DNA of 57,462 nt, filler included, from Sphacelaria rigidula (lineage: Eukaryota): assembly GCA_964200075.2 (NCBI GenBank). It is 5 parts of 5 records of this genome, joined end to end, with 100 filler letters (N's around TTAATTAATTAA, not from the genome) between each part and the next. Parts side by side here need not be neighbours in the genome. Positions count along the whole stretch, not along the records: positions 1 to 11,413 come from CAXNAA020004945.1; positions 11,514 to 22,926 come from CAXNAA020004946.1; 3 more parts are not named here. One strand, given 5' to 3'. Shown here one piece after another: positions 1 to 13,095 of this stretch (position 1 is the first letter of the stretch; the number at the start of each line of letters is the position of its first letter). The notes beneath the pieces were generated by a model. It had not been told where the DNA came from. It saw only the letters and a program-made list of their open reading frames with translations, and did not search any database. Both the position numbers and the translations under genes were made by a program.

Positions 1-53
1 CAAGCAACACATGAGCACGCCCCCCACTCCTCCCCTCCCCGCCCGCCCGCGGC

Positions 54-170
54 GACACCCATGAGGCAGTGTATAAGCCGTGGCTGTCTCTAAGGGTGGC
101 GATACCAGAAAATGAAGCAACTCATTATAGGCTGCCATCCAAATGCCAGATAATCAGCAAGCTTCGGGCC
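54..170. repeat. Dispersed repeat, second copy at ~22810-22926
   Basis: gacacccatgaggcagtgta...catccaaatgccagataatcagcaagcttcgggcc aligns by eye with the end of contig 2. Confidence 0.75.
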
Positions 171-766
171 AAACAGTCTTAGGATGCGGCTCACCCTTCA
201 TGCGACTCGCCGAACACACCACGGCGCTTCGCGCTTGGTGATTGAGTGCGAGCTTGGTCCGGCGAAAAACCGGCGTGCTCCGTCCCGGCATTGTCGGGGT
301 GCGATGTCAATGGTCTCATGGCTATGGCAAGCATGATCATCAGTAACCCCCCCCCCCCCCCCCGCGCGCGCGTGCCCGTGCCGTCTGTCGAACAGGACCG
401 TGAAAGTATGGGGTCTTGGAGCACCGACGCCCCACTTCTCTCTGGAGGGTCACGAGCGGGGTGTGAATGGTATAGATTATTACCCAGGCGGAGACCGTCC
501 TTACCTTCTTTCAGGTGACAGGCAGATGTAGTGCGTGATAACTGGTCAGGGGTGTTGGACCATGACTGATACACGGTATACTCTCAAATAAGGATGGTGC
601 TCGCACACGGAGAAGAACTGTTGAGCTGTCAGCATCAGTGTTCCCGGCGTCGCAGATTCGTCAGTGAAGTTGTTCCGAAATTCTGTTCGTGTTCCAGGGG
701 GTCAACATTATGCCGCTTTTTCTTTTTCGCTTGCCTGATGGCTTGATGATCTTCTCGCAATCACAG

Positions 767-920
767 GGTCCGACGATCGCACGGTGAAGATATGGGACTA
801 TCAGACCAAGACTTGTGTCCAAACGCTCGAGGGGCACACCAATAACGTGTCCGCGGTACTGTTTCATAAACGCCTCCCTATCATTATCTCGGGAGGCGAG
901 GACGGTACGGTTCGCCTCTG
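767..920 (+). CDS. COPB2: Coatomer subunit beta' (WD40 region), first visible exon; gene is 5'-partial
   Basis: cag|...|gtaag; translates (G)[50 protein letters not shown](W), the conserved beta'-COP WD repeat. Confidence 0.95.
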
Positions 921-1657
921 GTAAGTTGAATCGCCTATTCTCAACCTCCACTTGCCGTACGTACTCGTCGGGGATAGTGTGAAACATCCCTGGGTGATGT
1001 GGGTGTGGGTGTGGGTGTTGTCATCCCATTTATTCTGGACGTCGGTCTTCACCTTTCCGTATACGTGGACGCACCAGCCGAGGTCACACAGGAGGAAGGC
1101 GTGATGATTTTTTGAAATCCGAAAACTCATCGCGTTTGCGGTGGTATTATGCATGGAGGGAGTGATACATTACTTGAACCAATGTAACAACCACTGTTGA
1201 CAGCAACGTGTTGCCGAAAAAAGTGGGAACGTCATGATCCAGAAGTGTTGTCTAGGTGGTGTTATCCAGCGTATGATAAATATAAACTGTTACCCACGCA
1301 ATGATAACTGACGATGAATGAGGAATGACCCCGTGTCTATCCATATCCATACGCGATCGAATTATTTTGGACATCGCCCTCGTAGAACTGTGCCGAAAAT
1401 TACGTGCGCGTGTGAGCATGTGCAAATGTGTCTCTGTTTTCGCATTTCCTTCTTTTTCCCGTCTCGAAGTTTATTGGCTGGGTACTAGTGGAATATGACC
1501 GTACCCGCCCATCCGATTCAAACCATAGTCTGCAGATATTTTTTCCGAAGTCATGTTCTTGGCAGGGCGGTTCGTCGGGTTTCCGTTGATTTGCTCAAGT
1601 TTTTCTCTCCTCAGATCTCCGTCTTCCTTTTCATTTTTTTTCTCTGTGTTCTCGTAG

Positions 1658-1745
1658 GCACTCGACCACGTACAGGGCGGAGACCACCCTGAACTATGGG
1701 ATGGAGCGTGTATGGGCCTTAGCGGCGTCACCGGATAATAACAAG
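1658..1745 (+). CDS. COPB2: Coatomer beta' exon (ends in GC donor)
   Basis: tag|G HSTTYRAETTLNYGMERVWALAASPDNNK|gcgcgt; phase matches both neighbours. Confidence 0.9.
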
Positions 1746-2772
1746 GCGCGTATATGTTGTCGTTGTTGTCCACTTGTGTTTTTCCTGTCTCTGTTTCCCC
1801 CCTGTCCCGACTTGTGGTTGTTGAAAGAGGTAACATTTTTTTTTCGCTTTTGGCCCTCAGTTTGGCGGTATTTCGTGCGTCTTGGTCACCTGTAGTTCAT
1901 TGGAATCAAAGTCCTGTTTTTTAGTACATTTCACTTTTGTCCAATTTTCCTTTGTGTCTCCAGAGTGAGCTTCGTGTTGGAGGAGATGTGCCCGCGTGAT
2001 AATATCGAGGTGTGGTCCCACCGTGTGCTCTGATTTTTCTTCTCTTTTTCGTCACTGTTTGTTTGAACCCCTGTCATTTTCCGGGACGAGTTAGTGGCCT
2101 GAAGGGATCTCTACCTATCCCCTTCTCGATTCATGTATTGCATTCTCATGGGCCTGCTTCGTTGAGAAATCTTGTTATTATCATCATCCAATTATTATTA
2201 TTATCGTCACGGGGTACGTCTATGACGTAAGCACGACTGGATCCCTGGGGGGCCAGTCGATTTGCGACAATTGAATCACATCAGAGCCCAAAACAAATCG
2301 AATCGCTACAAATCGAATTGCTACTGCTGTCACACATGAGCCCGATCTCTCGAACCTATGATGACGGACGTAAGAGTCGCCTTTCCAGTCAGGGCTGTTC
2401 CTTACATTGGAGGAAGCTAATCATACCGTGTGTTTTAACCGTTGCCGGTTACCGCCTTTGTAGCGAGGGTTCACCTTTGTTTTCGTCCGCCTTGAGCAAG
2501 GCATGGTGAGCGAACACACAGCGGCAGATGAGTCGATATATAACGATGAAGTAATCAATCGATGACGCGTCTGTGTGAACTGTTTCTGCATCCGATTTTA
2601 CCTCATGATTTCATTGAACCCTGGCTTGGGGTAGTTAACATGTGACCACGGAAGGCGTCCACATCATCAGATGCTCAGTACAGAGTACTCTGCAGATATC
2701 GGAACGGTTTTTAATGTGAAGACAACAATAACAACAACAACAACAACAACAACTCAATCGATCGATTAACAG

Positions 2773-2964
2773 GTGGCTGTCGGATTCGATGAGGGGACGG
2801 TGGTCCTGAAACTAGGCCACGAGATGCCTGTGGCTTCCCTGGACGGCCACACTGGAAAGGTCGTGTGGGCTGTCAACAGCGAAATCCAGACGACAAGCCT
2901 CAAGGGTCTTGTGGGAGATGGATCAGATGTCAAGGATGGGGAGCGCTTGGCTATCGTCCCCAAG
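2773..2964 (+). CDS. COPB2: Coatomer beta' exon
   Basis: cag|VAVGFDEGTVVLKLGHEMPVASLD...DGERLAIVPK|gtgtgt. Confidence 0.95.
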
Positions 2965-3239
2965 GTGTGTCTCGACGGTTCTGTTGTTGTGCTGGTGTTG
3001 GCGTCGGTGTTTGTTGTGTTTCGGCGGGGAATACTGTTCCGAAAAGAGGACCGGCGGGCCAAGGTGTTGATGAAACTGTAATAACAGCAAGGGGATTGTT
3101 CTTAACCCTTTGACCGCGAGTATAGGTCATCCGTTGAATGAGCATCAGTCTCACTCGAAAAATGGCTGCATGACCAGTTGACCTACCCTCGTCGTCAAGG
3201 GGCCTACGATGGGGGTACTTTTTTTTGAAAACTTGGGCA

Positions 3240-3505
3240 ACTTTGCACGGTTAGGACGAATCATCACGGGTTCGAATCACCAAATCCACGATTTTTTCGG
3301 CCTGATGGCTTAAAAGGGAGAAACAAATTGATCGCTGGTCCAAGGGATATCCACGCAACTTTTGCGCCATTCCACGTGTCTGAGCTGCGTGTACCTGGGT
3401 TGCAACGCTGAATACAAAGCCTGGGGATTGATTCGTACGAGTCGGATCAATTAGACTAGAACCGAGTGATTTCCAGACGAATCATTGATTTGTCCGACCC
3501 TTGAA
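3240..3505. mobile_element. Dispersed non-autonomous repeat in a COPB2 intron; inverted copy at ~49915-50180
   Basis: ggttcgaatcaccaaatccacgatt...gtacctgggttgcaacgctg...gattgattcgtacg is the reverse complement of the contig-5 copy. Confidence 0.75.
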
Positions 3506-4421
3506 ACTTTGCATCCGATTTTTCGTCATTTTCCACCTGCAGAAGGGGGGGAGGGAAGTCCACACCCTGGACAAAATATTATTTTGTCAGAAAGTGTATT
3601 GCGTACAGTATCGACTATTGCGTCTATTGCAATGGACAATAGATTCCATACTGTACCCAGTATATTTTGTACAATGAAATCTATTGTCAAGGGTGTGGAA
3701 AATTCCCGGCATATCCATGGGTACTTGATTTTCGCGGCAGGTGACTCCCTGGTCACCCCGGAATCCTTTTTTTTTCATCTTCAGCCGTCGATACGATGTG
3801 TACGTGAGAATCGTTGGTGTTGTGGGGGTTTCGATACCCTACTTTACCTTGAATTCTCCTTATTTCGGTTGGTCAATATCTTTGATACCGTGGAATATGG
3901 GGTGTTTCCGTCAGTATGTACCATGGTTGCCGTGCAGTATTGGGTATTCTGGGCACTCGATACCGTACCCCCTGAATACCGGGCTAATTTTGGTAGTCGA
4001 TACGCAAGACGTTTTTAATCTGAAACCATTTCGCAGAAGCCGACCAGTTCTGGAGGGGGGAGGGGGAGGGGGGCGGGGTCGTCTTCGTTCTGTTCGTTGG
4101 TTCGTTTGTATTATATGTTTGGTCATTTTGTTTTTTTTCTCAGTCTACTCTTTGTATGTATTTTTTTTCAGCCCTCCGATGAATGTGTTCGTTTTGTTCG
4201 TTATTTACGGTACGTTTCATCGGCTGGATCCCTGGCGGGATTAGGTGAAAGTGCGGCAATCAATCAACCAATCAATGAACACCCGGCGTACTCCCGAAAT
4301 AACGGGTATGTTCGGCAAGGGGTACCGCGACAACCCTCGAATACTCGGTAGTGGGGGAGCCGGTACCCTGGTTACCTTTTAGAACGATCATGTGACGACG
4401 GCTGGATCCCCAAGATATTGG

Positions 4422-4528
4422 TCAACCCCTTGGCCGCGAGGGTAGTTCTTGTGGATCATGCATACCTTCTTCACTTGAAATTGAAGTGGATTCTACACGT
4501 GACCTATGCTGGCCGTCAAAGGGTTGAA
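4422..4528. mobile_element. Short MITE with piggyBac-like CCC...GGG ends
   Basis: tcaaccccttggccgc ... ggccgtcaaagggttga imperfect TIRs; related ends at 3102 (ttaaccctttgaccgc) and ~51259. Confidence 0.5.
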
Positions 4529-4710
4529 GTGCGTCACTCAAAACCACAATCGATTGATCGTGAAAGAAAAAAAACAAAGGGTACTGCAGATACCCTGAAG
4601 AGTCGAAATACCCGCAGGGTTTGTACCCTACCCAGAACACCGTTTGCTGTATTCTATCTCCCTTTTTTTGTTCTAATTTTGGTGTCTGTTTGTCTTTTTG
4701 TCGTCGTCAG

Positions 4711-4815
4711 GATCTGGGATCTACCGAGCTGTACCCGCAGAGCTTGAAGCACAACTGCAACGGTCGGTTCCTTGTGGTGTGCGGGGATGGGGAGTACATC
4801 ATCTACACTTCTCAG
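4711..4815 (+). CDS. COPB2: Coatomer beta' exon
   Basis: cag|[35 protein letters not shown]|gtacag. Confidence 0.95.
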
Positions 4816-5771
4816 GTACAGTCTGGTTGTGTGGGGATTTGTTGTAAGGTTTTGTCTTGTCTTTTGTTATGGGGAATGATTGCTCATCGCGTGACATGTT
4901 GTAACATGAGAGGGATCTGTTTGGGTCCACCATACGATGATTTTACTTTTTTTTTTTCTGTTCAATCAATGTTATTGCGTTATCATAGCTATGCTCTTTT
5001 TTGTCTTTTTTCATTTCACTCCACCTCTTCACGCATGCGAAGCTCTCTGTAGTACTCCGTCACTTGAAATACCCGGAAAAAGATCTCGAAGTATGTAAAT
5101 CTGGCGCGTGATGACTGCACTGGACGGGAGTAGTCTCCACGGTATCGGTCATTAGATACAAATGGAAAAAAAGTGGTTGCATTGTCGGACATGACTGCGC
5201 AGTACTAATGACTTGATTGAAAAGGAGGGATCGGATTCCGCTCGTGACACGATTTCGTCTTCTGTTCTGTAATATTTCCAGTATATATTGATGTATTCCA
5301 GTATATACTTTTTCATGTATACATGGGTACAGCAGCTGTCACATTTAGAGTTAGTGCGGTGAGTAGCAAGATGGGCGTGAGTTGGGTGTAATAAATCAAA
5401 TAATTAGTTAATTCATGAAATAAATAGTGTTTGAGGATGGATGGTTGGATGATTGGTTGGGATTGAATTTCATTTTTTTGAACAAGGGAAAGATAATATC
5501 TTCGGAAGAAATCCACAGCACGGACAGCTCATGAGCTGCCGAAAGTACCTGATCGGAGAGAACTCTCCGACTCGTTGTCCAAAACACAGAATACGTGACA
5601 TCAGTGTCCGAGAAGTCAAAGCGTTACCTTCGCGAAACTCGGCGAGCTCGTCGTCCAGCGCTGTCGGGACCAAATATGGGAAGAAAGTGACAAATGAGCC
5701 AGCTAATGAACGGATCAGTACACTCATGAAAAGTTATATTTGTGTGAAAATATCCCGACGTACGTCTACAG

Positions 5772-5894
5772 GCACTGCGGAATAAGTCGTTCGGGTCCGC
5801 CCTCGATTTCGTGTGGTCTTCGGCGGGTACTGGTGACTACGCCATTCGAGAGACCATCACCCGCGTTAAGACGTTCAAAAACTTCAAGGAGCAG
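5772..5894 (+). CDS. COPB2: Coatomer beta' exon
   Basis: cag|[41 protein letters not shown]|gtgagt (not captured as such by the ORF track). Confidence 0.95.
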
Positions 5895-6066
5895 GTGAGT
5901 TTCTAGCTCAAATTCATGCTACAATGGAGGCGGGGGGGGGGGGCGTTATCATTCGTTGCTTGCCTTAGTCGTTTGACCATTGACCTCGCATCCCTTTCGA
6001 GACGGAGGAGGGGGGGGGTGGGGGGAAGGTACTCGTGTACCCATGCTCATCCATGACGGAGTCATA

Positions 6067-6294
6067 GCACTTGAACTTACGTTACACGTCACACGCCACA
6101 ACTCTACGTTACAAGTCACAAAGTTCGTGGTTACACGTGTATCTCTCTTTCAAGTCAAGTCAAATCAAATGAAGCGTCGGGCCAGGTTAGTGCTACGGTG
6201 GGGAACCACGTGGTCCCCGACCGTAGTACTAGCCTGGCTTGGCTTGGCTTGTGACGTGTAACGAGCGAGCTTTGTGACGTGTAACGTCAAGTGC
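6067..6294. repeat. Palindromic fold-back element in a COPB2 intron
   Basis: gcacttga..cgttacacgtcaca / tgtgacgtgtaacgtcaagtgc outer arms; inner hairpin 6181-6238. Confidence 0.7.
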
Positions 6295-7124
6295 CCTGGC
6301 AAATACCCGAAATCCAGCTGGTATACCTTACGGGACACAACCTTAGAGTATTACTTTACTTGGAATAAGCTCAGCTATTTTAGACCTGTGGTGCAGGGTC
6401 ATCATTGCTTCGAGGTCGAGTCACAGACGGTGTTTTTCTCAGCATGTATGTTCAGACTCTGTGGAAAATGAATGTTGGTGCAATCAATCTACTCGGTATT
6501 CTCGACGCAGGACGTGGAGGAAACAAGGGCTATAATTTCTCTTCCGGTCCTTGCCGCCTTCTGCGCAGACGTTTAATTCGGTCCTTGGTGTTCGAGTTGC
6601 TTGGATATTGTTGACTATTTCTTATTATTCGGATCTTGTTTCTGTTGGACAGGTTGGATATGTTCGTTTCGTTTTCGTGTCACGCCCTGGACAAGAAATT
6701 ACGTTTTCAGAAAGTGTGGAACCTGTTGTTTTCCTGCAGTAGACGCAGTGGTGGACGCTATACGCAGTACACTTCTTGACGATTCAATCTTTTGTCGTTA
6801 TTCATGGTTTGCTTTTTTTCCCATCTTGTGTATCTGTATCTTTGCTCCTCATTGCACTTTCTCCGTCTCCTTTCCCTTTTTACCTTGTGGTCTTTTGTGT
6901 GTGCTGTGCAGTGTTTGTTATCTTCCGTTTTGACTTTATCGGCTTTCAGTAATTGGAAGTGGCATGAAATCAATCGTGTGGTACATCAGGCAGTAGGGAG
7001 AAAACAATCGCTGCACTAGGATAGATGGTGGCTAAAGACGGCGAGCCAGGAAGGGCATGAGATGAGTAATAGATGATTTTATCATGTGTGGAAAAAAGAT
7101 ACGGAGCTTCCAAATATTTAGAGG

Positions 7125-7230
7125 TGCCTCTATGAGGAGTAGGAACAGTGCTCCGTCTCAAAAAGGATGCGTGGTGTCACTCGTCAAATGACTAGGGCAA
7201 GCAAAAAATGAGTACGCCCCCCCCCCCCCT
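7125..7230. repeat. Dispersed repeat; copies at ~46100-46200 and the tail at 1-25
   Basis: ggagtagg(a/g)acagtgctc(c/t)gtctc...atgcgtggt...aagcaa..aatgagtacg shared. Confidence 0.65.
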
Positions 7231-7332
7231 CCCATTTCCTACCCTTCCCTCCACGCCCGCACCTTTCCGTTTTTTTCTATTTTTAATAATTAATATTTCT
7301 CTTTGCGTTTTTTTTTTTACGTTGAATCACAG

Positions 7333-7473
7333 CACACTCTCCGACCACCGGTATCTTCTGCCGAGGGACTGTTCGGTGGCGCTTGTCTTGGTGTGCGCGG
7401 TGCGGACTGCGTAGTCTTCTTCGATTGGGATGAGGGTGTCATGGTCCGCAAGATCGATGTCGTCCCCAGGGAG
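7333..7473 (+). CDS. COPB2: Coatomer beta' exon
   Basis: cag|HTLRPPVSSAEGLFGGACLGVRGADCVVFFDWDEGVMVRKIDVVPRE|gtacga. Confidence 0.93.
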
Positions 7474-8389
7474 GTACGAAAGACGGACCTTGATATACGA
7501 TGCGTATCACCCCTCCATCAGGGTGATGGTGATATGTACGTTGCAGTACGGTGCAGATACGCTATGATATGCCCCGAATAGCAGCAGAGCTCACCCCGAG
7601 AGGTCGCTGAATTTACATGGTTGAACAAATACTCGGTTATTACAGTGTAGACTTACAACATTCGCATATCTTGGGGGTGCTGACTGCTCCCCCCCCCCCC
7701 CTTATCATAGGATGGCTCACTACTTCGCGCCCTCGGGTACAGTTCACACATGGAAATTATGTGGTTATAGATGCAATATTCAAAAATATACTATATCAAG
7801 TATATGCCTTCCTGCACTTGGTCTATTAATAGTGCATTTTTTCTATTGCATCTTGACCATATATTGTCCAGGGTGCATGATACAGTTCAATGCAAGATAC
7901 TGAGCAACCCCAGCTCAATCATTTCTAAAGTAGCAATTGACGTCACAAACAAAGTTTTTGCCAGCAGCTGCTAAGGCCCTGCCTTGGCGAGACAACAAAA
8001 AAATGGGAAGAAAGTAAGAAGTGTGACCAAAAGCAGCATGTTGATTGGTCGCCGCAAACCGCAAGAGCCGCCCGGCGATCAATCAACGTGCTGCGCTTGG
8101 ACGCGTGTCACTACTTGGAAATATAAATATTGGCGTGTGTTCTTTTGTCCATGATTTTTTTTTGTCAAGTGGTAATTGGTGATGCTGGTACAAGAAGGGG
8201 AAGGGACGTACCGCTAAGCAGCTATTCACTCAAGTACTGTTGGTACATTCAAAATGAAAAGAGATCTGGTGCTACATTGACTTTAACCCTCCCCCCCCCC
8301 CCCCCCCCTCGAGCATGTTTTGTGCATGATGACGTCAACATATTGTATGTATTTTTTTTGACAAAAACAATGGCACCGTGTGTCCGCAG

Positions 8390-8476
8390 GTGTACTGGTC
8401 GGACAACGAAGACCTGTGTCTGCTGGCGTGCGCCGACAACTACTACGTCCTCAAGTACCACTCTGGAGTTGTAGAG
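8390..8476 (+). CDS. COPB2: Coatomer beta' exon
   Basis: cag|VYWSDNEDLCLLACADNYYVLKYHSGVVE|gtaatg. Confidence 0.93.
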
Positions 8477-8703
8477 GTAATGTGCTTTTGTTTCGTGTTT
8501 GTGTTTTTAGTGAGCGTGCCTCGAGGAATTTTCGCTCCTCTTTTTTTTCTCATTTCTTGTGTTTTACTGTCTTTTTTGGTCGTTGCTTTGTTTTCGTTCT
8601 TTTTTTCGTTTTTGTCGCCTCTTTTGATATTTGCGGGATGTATTTTACGCTTTCAACGGTTGACTCCCTACCTGTCCCCGTCCCTGTCCCTATTCCGAAA
8701 TAG

Positions 8704-8832
8704 GCTGCTCTTCAGAGCGGTAACATCGACAGCGAGACAGGCGTGGATGCGTCGTTTGAGCTGGTGCACGAGATGACCGGTAAAATCAGGACGGGGCAGT
8801 GGGTCGGGGACTGCTTCCTCTACACCAACGAG
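8704..8832 (+). CDS. COPB2: Coatomer beta' exon (ends in GC donor)
   Basis: tag|AALQSGNIDSETGVDASFELVHEMTGKIRTGQWVGDCFLYTNE|gcaagt. Confidence 0.9.
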
Positions 8833-8898
8833 GCAAGTTTTGTAGGATTCTGATTCGCCCACGCGCACCGTACATGGAAAAAAACAGGGAAAGACATG

Positions 8899-9030
8899 AT
8901 TGATTGATTGATTGATTGATGGTTTGTCGCACTTTAACTGACCCCCCAGAGGTCCAGCCGTTATCTCATGATAGACGTACCCAAGAAAGTCGAAACTGAA
9001 ACACGCTCTGAGAAAAAAAAAAAAAACAAG
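8899..9030 (-). mobile_element. 3' end of a non-LTR retroposon (SINE/LINE tail) ending in (CAAT)n
   Basis: Close match to 28884-29000; more diverged + strand copies at ~2210-2280 and ~4208-4275. Confidence 0.7.
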
Positions 9031-9377
9031 AACAATAAAAAACATGAACAGAAAATTAAGAAAGATATTCAATGTCCCTCTGTCATTATTTTTTTCCAAT
9101 TAATTTGGGCTTTTTTCGTTTCTCCAACAAAGTTTTGAAAACAACGCACCATCGCCGCTTGTTGCATGGATTTTCAGCCACAAACGTACTGATAATGCTC
9201 GGCGAGAACTTGGGAGTGCGACGCTCGAAAAGATTCTAATTAGGTGGTTCACACACACGACGAACAAGTGATTTTTCTACCGTGTGTTTATTTCGGGAGC
9301 CGGGTCACGAGAAACTGTTGTGATTTTTTTTTTTTCGCCTCCACACGAACTATGAAATCATGGTGCTATCTGTGCAG

Positions 9378-9542
9378 GGGCGGCTGAACTACTACATCGG
9401 TGGAGAGATCATGACCCTCTGCCACCTTGAGCACCCCATGTACATGCTGGGCTACCTGCCCAAGGAGGATCGGGTGTATCTCATGGACAAGCAGCAGAAT
9501 ATCTTCAGCTACAGGGTCCGCCAGGCCATGCTCCAGTATCAG
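9378..9542 (+). CDS. COPB2: Coatomer beta' exon
   Basis: cag|GRLNYYIGGEIMTLCHLEHPMYMLGYLPKEDRVYLMDKQQNIFSYRVRQAMLQYQ|gtatta. Confidence 0.95.
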
Positions 9543-10629
9543 GTATTAAGCCCCTGGCTGTGAGGGTAGTCCATCTGGATCGTTGCATGTTTGTTTTCAA
9601 GTGAAGTCGAAGCCGATCCAGCGGATGGACTGTAGCTCGCTGTCAACGGGTTGAGCTATTGCGTGTGGCGTGGATTGTCGAGGCTCGTCTGTGGATTTAT
9701 TTCGTGTGAGTGTGCGCGTGATTTTTTATTTTGTTTATTTGGTATAAGTTTTTCTGTTTATTCTCTTGATCAAGCAAAAAAAACGATCAAAGGATCAAAA
9801 CCGTATATTTTACTCGTCAGCGGATTTATTGGTGTGAGATCATTCATTTTTCATCAACCGGCGAATGGCTGAGCGACTGAGCTAATGCATAAATCATCCA
9901 CCAATTGATTCTCTCCAACGCACGCGATAGTCCTACTGTACGGTCAAGAATTAATTCGCACCTGTCCTTGGAGTCAAAGCTGCGCCTTCACAACTAAACA
10001 TTGATATCATTTTTCGAGCAACAATGATATCATCGTTTTAGTCACTCCTTTTTGATCGGTGGGGTACGCTCCCAACTTGTTTTCATGGCGAAGATGGGCT
10101 TCAAACTCTTTGACACTTGAAAGGTGTGTCCATTTATGTTCCATGTTAATGCACCCCGTGCAAAATCTTTGGTGACGTTGGGTTTATTGTTCCCATCCGC
10201 TTCACATCCGCAGTCAACGGCTGCTGGTGTGATTAATCGCGCCTCGGCTTAGTGCGAAATGAACAACATGGGACGTTCAAAGCGTTGATGAGGTCTTGAG
10301 TATATGGGACCGTCTGCCCTCACATGTAATCCATCTTTTGGTAAACGGCATATTTAATTCTCAAGTGCCTAATCTGGCCCACGGTCAATGGTTTTTGATG
10401 CTTGCCTACATAGTACTGTTGGAAAATGATGAGTGAAGGGGCTTGGTGGATGATAAATCTCCGTTCTTGTATAACCCATGCGCGTGGAGCATGACCGTTC
10501 CATGTTCAGCGGGAGGAAAAGCTTCTCACAGTGTGCTCCACGGCGAGTGTCCAAAAGTCATGAGACGTCCTAATGTGTGTGCTTTTCCCTTTTTTTTTTC
10601 TGGTCGGGCCCGCGTGTGTTCCATTTTAG

Positions 10630-10752
10630 ACTGCTGTTGTGCGCAAGGACTTCGAAACGGCAAACTCCCTGTTGCCATCAATCCCAAGCACGGAGTACAC
10701 GGCGGTCGCGCGGTTCTTGGAGTCTCAAGGTTTCAAGGAAGAGGCGTTCCAG
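10630..10752 (+). CDS. COPB2: Coatomer beta' exon, last visible; gene is 3'-partial at the contig end
   Basis: tag|TAVVRKDFETANSLLPSIPSTEYTAVARFLESQGFKEEAFQ|gtcagt. Confidence 0.95.
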
Positions 10753-11413
10753 GTCAGTTGTCGTGGACGGCGGTGTATGTCAGCGATATGGTGAGGGTCC
10801 CGGTTCAGTGCGGTGGATCGCCACAGCCTGGCATGACCGCACTATACTGGGACCATACTTATTTGGTGTTATGCGATTATTTGATATTGTGTCGCAGATC
10901 GGACTCGTAATTAGATGACTTTGACGACACCATGGTGGAAAATTCCGCTGTATAAAAGTCGTGAAACGAACGAGCGTCTGAAGCATGGTTTTATGGGTAA
11001 GGGGGTCCGTGTGCTTTGTACGGCTTGTATCACGGGCTCCTGGTCATTTTTTATACGTGCGACTGTCAAGCCCCTCCCTCCGCTCCCAAATTTCAGCCCC
11101 AGCGGCAAACGTTCGGGTCCCAAGGTATTCTTGACCGGCGATCGAATACAGCGTAGTTTCAAATACGTCCTTTCGACGAAGCTACCTCTTTATGAGGGAA
11201 ATTTGCGACACGACATATATATATATATATATATTATTTTCCACATATTTGGAAAGCTGCAAAAAAGAAATGCAAGCCCTTGACGGAAAGATGACGGACC
11301 CAATCTCGTTATATTCCATGATTATTCTCCCCCTCATACGGACCCCCGATGGGGTTGGCGTCGCTTGGCGATGACGCTGTAAAACACGCCACTCACTACG
11401 TAAGCTAGGCAAC

Positions 11414-11513
11414 NNNNNNNNNNNNNNNNNNNNNNNNNNNNNNNNNNNNNNNNNNNNTTAATTAATTAANNNNNNNNNNNNNNNNNNNNNNNNNNNNNNN
11501 NNNNNNNNNNNNN
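11414..11513. other. Artificial contig spacer
   Basis: N44-TTAATTAATTAA-N44 (stops in all six frames). Confidence 0.97.
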
Positions 11514-11621
<108 letters not shown>

Positions 11622-11655
11622 AAACACTGACATGCAACGGTTTTATGGTTGTTCA

Positions 11656-13062
11656 TGTAATAATGCGTGAGAGGATCGCGTGCATCGTTGTTCAGGACAC
11701 TCCAGAATCGACGTTTTTCAAAACTAATCGGGCCAGTCCCTGGAGGGACCACGCCCCTGACCCTCGCCCCAAGACCACCCCTGACCCTAATCCTAACTAT
11801 AGGGGTGTTCGAACTCCGATGCGGTCTTAGGCATGCGGTCCTCTCACGAGGGTTGCATGTCGGACCGAGAATAAAGTTCGATATATATCCCTGGAATATC
11901 GAACCACAACCGCCGATACCGATATTATTTTTATCGATATTCCGAAAGTGACGCGATACGTATCGAGTATCGATATTCGATACGATACGGCTGTTTTGGT
12001 ATGGCCGCAGTGTACAAGACCGAGCAGTACACTGGCACATTGACGCCCTCACTGACTATTGTAGGTCACTAAAAATACAACATCCCCTAGACAGATTTTC
12101 GAAGCTCACTTACTCCTCATCAGAAGCGATGCCAGGGCTGAACTGGGCGGCGTTGCATCCATGTCGTCGAGAGAAAGTAATCGTGCTTTGAGAATCGCTC
12201 CTTAGGGTGTGGTATCTCAAGCAATTTACGGTAGTTTCCAGTGGACAGCAATGGACTGACATGATGTACAGCAGCGGGTAGTGTGCAAATTGACTTCATA
12301 GCAGCGGCGGCATGCGGTGATACAGCTGTCTTTCGAATATATTTCGTCGTCGTGCAAGAGATGGTTGATCATAGCGGGCCGGGTGTGGTATTGGTTATAC
12401 TGTTTTTATTTCTACGGTCACTATTCCGTGTGTTTCGATCGAATGAGCGCATAATACCTCGACTCTGCACATCCATTAGAAGAAAAGAAAAATGTGTCAA
12501 ACCTCGAACATGCACAAACTCAAATGCGAGCTCTATTTTTCAACGTTCACTACCAATAACAGGAAACGTCGGCAGCATGCGTCAAGTTTCAATTTTTGGA
12601 CGCCAAAAAATATGTATTTGTATGTCACCAACCAAGAAGGAAAAACCACCAAGCTTGCAACAATAAGAATGTTGTCCAGACTAACGGATGGAGGGGGGAA
12701 AATTAATCCAGCACTCGTCAAACATGAAGGAAACGAGAAGCGACAGTACAATCTCCTCATACTCCGAAGGACAGCTGTCATCTACTACTACTGTCATCTA
12801 CAGCTTTGCATTGATCGTGACCTCATACCTACTCCGCCACGCCACCCGTATGTTGCCGTTGGTAATCACCCCCGCTGGATCACACCACTAAACCCTAAGC
12901 CCACGAGGCACCAGCGGTGTGTGGTGTGTGAAAGGGATCTTGTGGAGTGAGGGATGGGGGGGGGGGGGGGGGGGGGGGCGCACATCAAGCGGGGGTGGGG
13001 GCGGGGGATAGCGCCCCCCCTCCCCCTTTCCTTTGCGTTCNNNCAGGGGGGGGGGGTGGGGG

Positions 13063-13095
<33 letters not shown>

